NCBI RefSeq assembly: GCF_001194135.2
Contig: NC_069007.1
Span: 5,148,538-5,188,918 of the forward strand
Direction of reading: 5' to 3'
From: Octopus bimaculoides
Taxonomy: Eukaryota
DNA length: 40,381 bases
Part shown: in pieces, positions 36,278 through 40,381 of the stretch
How positions within the stretch are numbered: position 1 is the stretch's first letter
Layout of the letters: each line of letters begins with the position of its first letter
The notes under the pieces: generated by a model
Told to the model about the DNA's origin: nothing
The model's input: only the letters and a program-made list of their open reading frames with translations
The model's database searches: none
Translations under genes and position numbers: made by a program

Positions 36278-36429
36278 TCCAAACTTGGTATTCCGCATCT
36301 CCTCCGTCGTCGTTGTCGTCGTTGTTGTTGTTGTTGTTGTCGTTATTATGGTTGTTGTTGTTATTTCCAAACTTGATATTTCTGCTTCTCTGATCAATTG
36401 ATTTCCAACAATTAGTATGAAGATAAAAC

Positions 36430-36497
36430 CTGGAAGAGTCTCGCCCCACCCTCTCCCATCGGCGCCAACACCATCACCATTATTATTCTTGTCGTTG
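36430..36497 (-). CDS. Exon b (68 nt, phase 2 to 1): NDKNNNGDGVGADGRGWGETLP
   Basis: First AG after a pyrimidine tract (cttcttctccttgttaacaacag|C), with a weak donor CCAG|gtttta. It supplies exactly the phase needed between exons a and c. Confidence 0.5.
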
Positions 36498-36895
36498 CTG
36501 TTGTTAACAAGGAGAAGAAGCAATTGAAATGCAAACAAATTAGTTACATCGAAACAGTTACATAAAAACAACCCTCCCCAATAAACATAAACATTATTGA
36601 TCTATTGCACTTATTATTATTATTATTATTATTCTATGTTAAAAATACATGTCTAATTGAGATACATAAACACCCCACCCATTTGAAATAAGAAGTTACC
36701 TCCTTAGACATACAATCAGATATGTAAATAGACCTGCTGGTTTGGCAGTGTGGTCCAGCAGTTTGTTTTACAACCATGTAGTTTTAGGTTTGGTTCCTGT
36801 GTGTGGCATCTTATACTTGGGAAAATATCTTCTACAAAGTGTCCGAGTTAAATTTCGCAAAGTTTTTTTTTTTTTTAATGTCTCCTCTTGTCAGG

Positions 36896-37275
36896 GTGGA
36901 GGACCAATGGCCCAGTGGTTAGGGCAGCGGACTCCTGGTCATAGGATTGCGGTTTCGATTCCCAGACCTGGCATTGTGAGTGTTTATTGAGCGAAAACAC
37001 CTAAAGCTCCACGAGGCTCCAGCAGGGGATGGTGGTGAACCCTGTTGTACTCTTTCACCACAACTTTCTCTCACTCTTACTTCCTGTTTCTGTTGTGCCT
37101 GTAATTCAAAAGGGTCAGCCTTGTCACACTCTGTGTCACCCTGAATATCCCCTGAGAACTGCGTTAAGGGTACACGTGTCTGTGGAGTGCTCAGCCACTT
37201 GCACGTTAATTTCACGAGCAGGCTGTTCTGTTGATTGGATCAACTGGAACCCTCGACGTCGTAAGCGACGGAGTG
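36896..37275 (+). mobile_element. SINE family B, full length, 12-bp TSD
   Basis: TSD CCTCTTGTCAGG at 36884-36895 and 37276-37287. Confidence 0.9.
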
Positions 37276-37450
37276 CCTCTTGTCAGGAACAGCTTGATGT
37301 AATGGTGAACAGTCAACGGTGTTGGAGAGCATGAAGATCAAAGTTGTAGTTGAGCCAAAGCTTGCATAATAAGTATTTCTTCTGGAGTAGGAGTGCTCTT
37401 AACATGAGGAAGATCAATAAACAATTCCTTTTAAAAAGAATTTTTGTTAC

Positions 37451-37487
37451 CTTCTGGAACCTAAGGTTGCAGGTTGATAGAATATTG
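37451..37487 (-). CDS. Exon a (37 nt, phase 1 to 2): xIFYQPATLGSR, FN3 C-strand-like
   Basis: Acceptor tattttttcag|CAATATTC and donor AGAAG|gtaaca. IFYQP fits the FN3 Y-x-I-x-Y strand. Confidence 0.6.
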
Positions 37488-37523
37488 CTGAAAAAATATT
37501 GATTTCTATATACACATACAAAA

Positions 37524-37557
<34 letters not shown>

Positions 37558-37914
37558 GAAAATGCATATATATACACAGAACCATATACAAATATATATA
37601 TACACATACTAATGCACATATATATATATATATACATCTGTGTGTATGTGTGCATGTGTCATGGTACCACTTGCTCCAGAGTTTATTAAATACATTTCCG
37701 CTGGGGGTTGATAAAATATCCTAAAAGTTAATTCAATCAACTACAATACTACACAGTTGCTTGCGCAGTCTGGCCTTGTACCAAGAGCCAAGCTAGAGAC
37801 CATAAGCAATAGAGCCAATGGCTAGTATTGTACACAATATTAGGTTAGTGAAAGCAGCAGAGACTGTAGAGAGGTAGAAATAGATTGAGATGCATGTTAT
37901 AATAGTTAGTATTA

Positions 37915-38296
37915 TTGTTGGCACTCTGTCGCTTACGACGTCGAGGGTTCCAGTTGATCCGATCAACGGAACAGCCTGCTCGTGAAATTAATGTGCAAGT
38001 GGCTGAGCACTCCACAGACACGTGTACCCTTAATGTAGTTCTCGGGGATATTCAGCGTGACACAGTGCGACAAGGCTGACCCTTTGAATTACAGGCACAA
38101 CAGAAACAAGAAGAAAGAGTGAGAGAAAGTTGTGGTGGAAGAGTACAGCAGGGTTCGCCACCATCCCCTGTCGGAGCCTTGTGGTGCTATAGGTGTTTTT
38201 GCTCAATAAACACTCACAACGCCCGGTCTGGGAATCGAAACCGCGATCCTACGGCTGCGAGTCCACTGCCCTAACCACTAGGCCATTGCGCCTCCA
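37915..38296 (-). mobile_element. SINE family B, full length
   Basis: Reverse match to the family B consensus, inverted relative to 36896-37275. Confidence 0.9.
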
Positions 38297-38297
38297 T

Positions 38298-38400
38298 GCA
38301 GTATTATGACTGGCTGTTGAAACAACTCTTTCTCATTGCTTAAACATGGATGTTATATATCTCAATTTTGCAAAGGCCTTTGATAAGGTTGATCATAGAA
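38298..38400 (+). pseudogene. Short non-LTR RT fragment (CR1/Jockey-like)
   Basis: NMDVIYLNFAKAFDKVDHR matches the RT motif D-V-I-Y-L-D-F-x-K-A-F-D-x-V. Confidence 0.7.
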
Positions 38401-39144
38401 TTGGCTGTCCATTTTCACTGTTGTTTGATGAGATTATAACAAAGACAGTAATTTAACCAGTTCTGCTGTGCCTGAGATGTTTCTAGGAACACCATGAAGG
38501 AAAGAAAAGTCAACGTTTGCAGCATCCACAGAGCTGCAAGGGTATGGCAGATATTGGTTAAGTATTACTATACATATCTGTCTTAAGGTCCCTAACTAAC
38601 GATTTTCTGTACCCTCTTAGCTATAAGAGACTATAATAAAAAAGGTTCCATATGGTGGGATTGAACTTAAACCTACATGGTTGGGAAGCAATCTTGTTAA
38701 CCACACAACCACACCTCTGCCATACGTTTACATTTATAACTCTACATATGTTTGTAATTATGGCAGTCCATATGTATGAATGTTTTCTAAAAGTCAGAGT
38801 CCACCATAGGGACGTGAAAGACCTTGGCTACTGATAAACTAGTTTCATATCAACATGAGAAGGCAAAGGTAAAAGCAAGAGATTGGGAAAAACAGGGTAA
38901 CCTTTTCCTCCACTGATAACATGATGAAATAGGAAGGATAATCTATCATAATTTAGTCATAGATAAGATTAATTGATATCACAGGATAATTACGGTCATC
39001 GTCACACAGGCAGTGGCTCTTGTTTCCAGTTTTCTGTGAAAACATGTCTGGCCATTGGCAAACATTTCATTTCCTGGAAATGGGTGAGGGTTAGAGATAG
39101 AAAAAATATCCATCACAGAAAATCTGCCTCAAGAAATTCCATTT

Positions 39145-39548
39145 GATCAATTAAGAGCTCTCTGAACTTTGCCCAGGCTATTCTTATTCTAGCAGCTACA
39201 CTTTCAGCGCACCCTCCCCCACTGCTGACTTGGTCATCTAGATAGCGGAAGCTATCAACTATGTCTAGTTTTTCTCCCTGGAATGTGACAGTTGTTTTCT
39301 GCACATTTACAGTGTTTATTGCTTCTGAACATCTGCCACATACAAAAACTAACTTCCTAGTTAACCTTCCTTTGATATTGCTGCATCTCTTATGTGTCCA
39401 TAGCTTGCACTGGGTGCATCTTATAGAGTTTCTACCTACACCTTTTCTACAGATTGAGCAGGGCCATCTACCTGAAGGGAGTTTGTGTTTTTTCTACCTT
39501 CCTACTTATTAGGACTTTGGTTTTAGCTAGGTTGACTCTAAGGCCCTT
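39145..39548 (-). pseudogene. RTE-clade LINE ORF fragment with a C4HC3 (PHD-like) finger after the RT
   Basis: KGLRVNLAKTKVLISR, then a frameshift near 39480, then SGRWPCSICRKGVGRNSIRCTQCKLWTHKRCSNIKGRLTRKLVFVCGRCSE...DSFRYLDDQVSSGGGCAESVAARIRIAWAKFRELL. Confidence 0.85.
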
Positions 39549-39953
39549 NNNNNNNNNNNNNNNNNNNNNNNNNNNNNNNNNNNNNNNNNNNNNNNNNNNN
39601 NNNNNNNNNNNNNNNNNNNNNNNNNNNNNNNNNNNNNNNNNNNNNNNNNNNNNNNNNNNNNNNNNNNNNNNNNNNNNNNNNNNNNNNNNNNNNNNNNNNN
39701 NNNNNNNNNNNNNNNNNNNNNNNNNNNNNNNNNNNNNNNNNNNNNNNNNNNNNNNNNNNNNNNNNNNNNNNNNNNNNNNNNNNNNNNNNNNNNNNNNNNN
39801 CATACACATTTTATTAGTTAGTCCACAAATAACAAATATTTATCCAATACAGTGTTAAGCACTCATTCTCAATGATCAATATTAATGCACACATAGATAT
39901 ATATATGTATGTATGTATAGACACACACACATACATATATATTATACATACAC

Positions 39954-40049
<96 letters not shown>

Positions 40050-40381
40050 ATAACATAACATTTGTGTAAAGTCCAATTAAGTTCATTTGATTATGTGTAC
40101 TGAATACATCATGTCTGTATATACACTGGATGTTGTTGACATACATTGAGTGTTTTAAGTTTATAAAATATTCTGCAGCATGGTAATTAACTTAGCTCAA
40201 CTATTCATAGTAATCACATAAAATCACACTACATGTGTAAAGTTCATGTGTGTATGTGTGTGTGTCAGCTGTTGCCACATTTTTATATCATATGCAGTAA
40301 TGAAGTCCATTTTATCATGAATGTATTTAGCAAGACTACATATTTTATACACATAAAACAGCATATATATATATATATATA

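Larger units (their letters stand above)
14645..37487 (-). other. Spliced gene model (3' part, 8 exons; 5' end outside window): FN3-containing single-pass type I membrane protein with mucin-like stalk and PDZ-binding tail
   Basis: Exons 37487-37451, 36497-36430, 34519-34325, 30806-30477, 23807-23753, 17891-17872, 16282-16176 and 14806-14645 all have AG/GT borders. Phases chain 1-2-1-1-1-2-1-0 into one open frame of 974 nt: xIFYQPATLGSRSNDKNNNGDGVGADGRGWGETLPDSVRSLSSPNTTTTTTSASGSGNFMTSNLSAVISSLSPHSVYNVSIAASTGTSGLGTPTILSINTGSALSNESHH...LQDLPVIVAGSLTAGLVLIFLLGVLIYHCLKNKKRRQKEQNYMMFYAYEDIGSLHPEDPARDHLLDKGIQNLGFEEDSSGSITFGPPSPEDSPRLTAEEVYSRVDTKKKNRMRNESAAAIALMKNSTLPHTALYSNDTDCLIHNESEVVYDERTAL*. 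The family is not recognised to gene level. Confidence 0.8.

Overview
This is AT-rich eukaryotic genomic DNA from a gapped draft assembly (nine N-runs). The repeat landscape (tRNA-derived SINEs with internal (TA)n/(TG)n tracts, RTE LINE tails, mariner and piggyBac MITEs) looks like an Octopus genome; this is pattern recognition, not a database result. Most ORFs in the supplied track are microsatellite, gap or SINE artefacts. On the minus strand I reconstructed the 3' part of a spliced gene from 8 exons (37487 to 14645) with GT-AG borders and consistent phases; its 5' exons lie beyond the window. It encodes a type I membrane protein: an FN3 domain, a Ser/Thr-rich stalk, a TM helix, and a cytoplasmic tail with Tyr motifs ending in a class I PDZ-binding motif (-ERTAL*). 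Four exons are micro-exons (37, 68, 55, 20 nt) that form two frame-compensating pairs. Other well-supported elements are a Merlin (IS1016/ISXO2-like) deletion derivative with TIRs and a 9-bp TSD, a 450-bp solo LTR with a palindromic promoter-like core, a decayed mariner transposase, a piggyBac MITE with its empty-site paralog nearby, RTE RT fragments, and several inverted SINE pairs that could form dsRNA in the pre-mRNA. I found no CRISPR array, rRNA, genuine tRNA or prokaryotic system.
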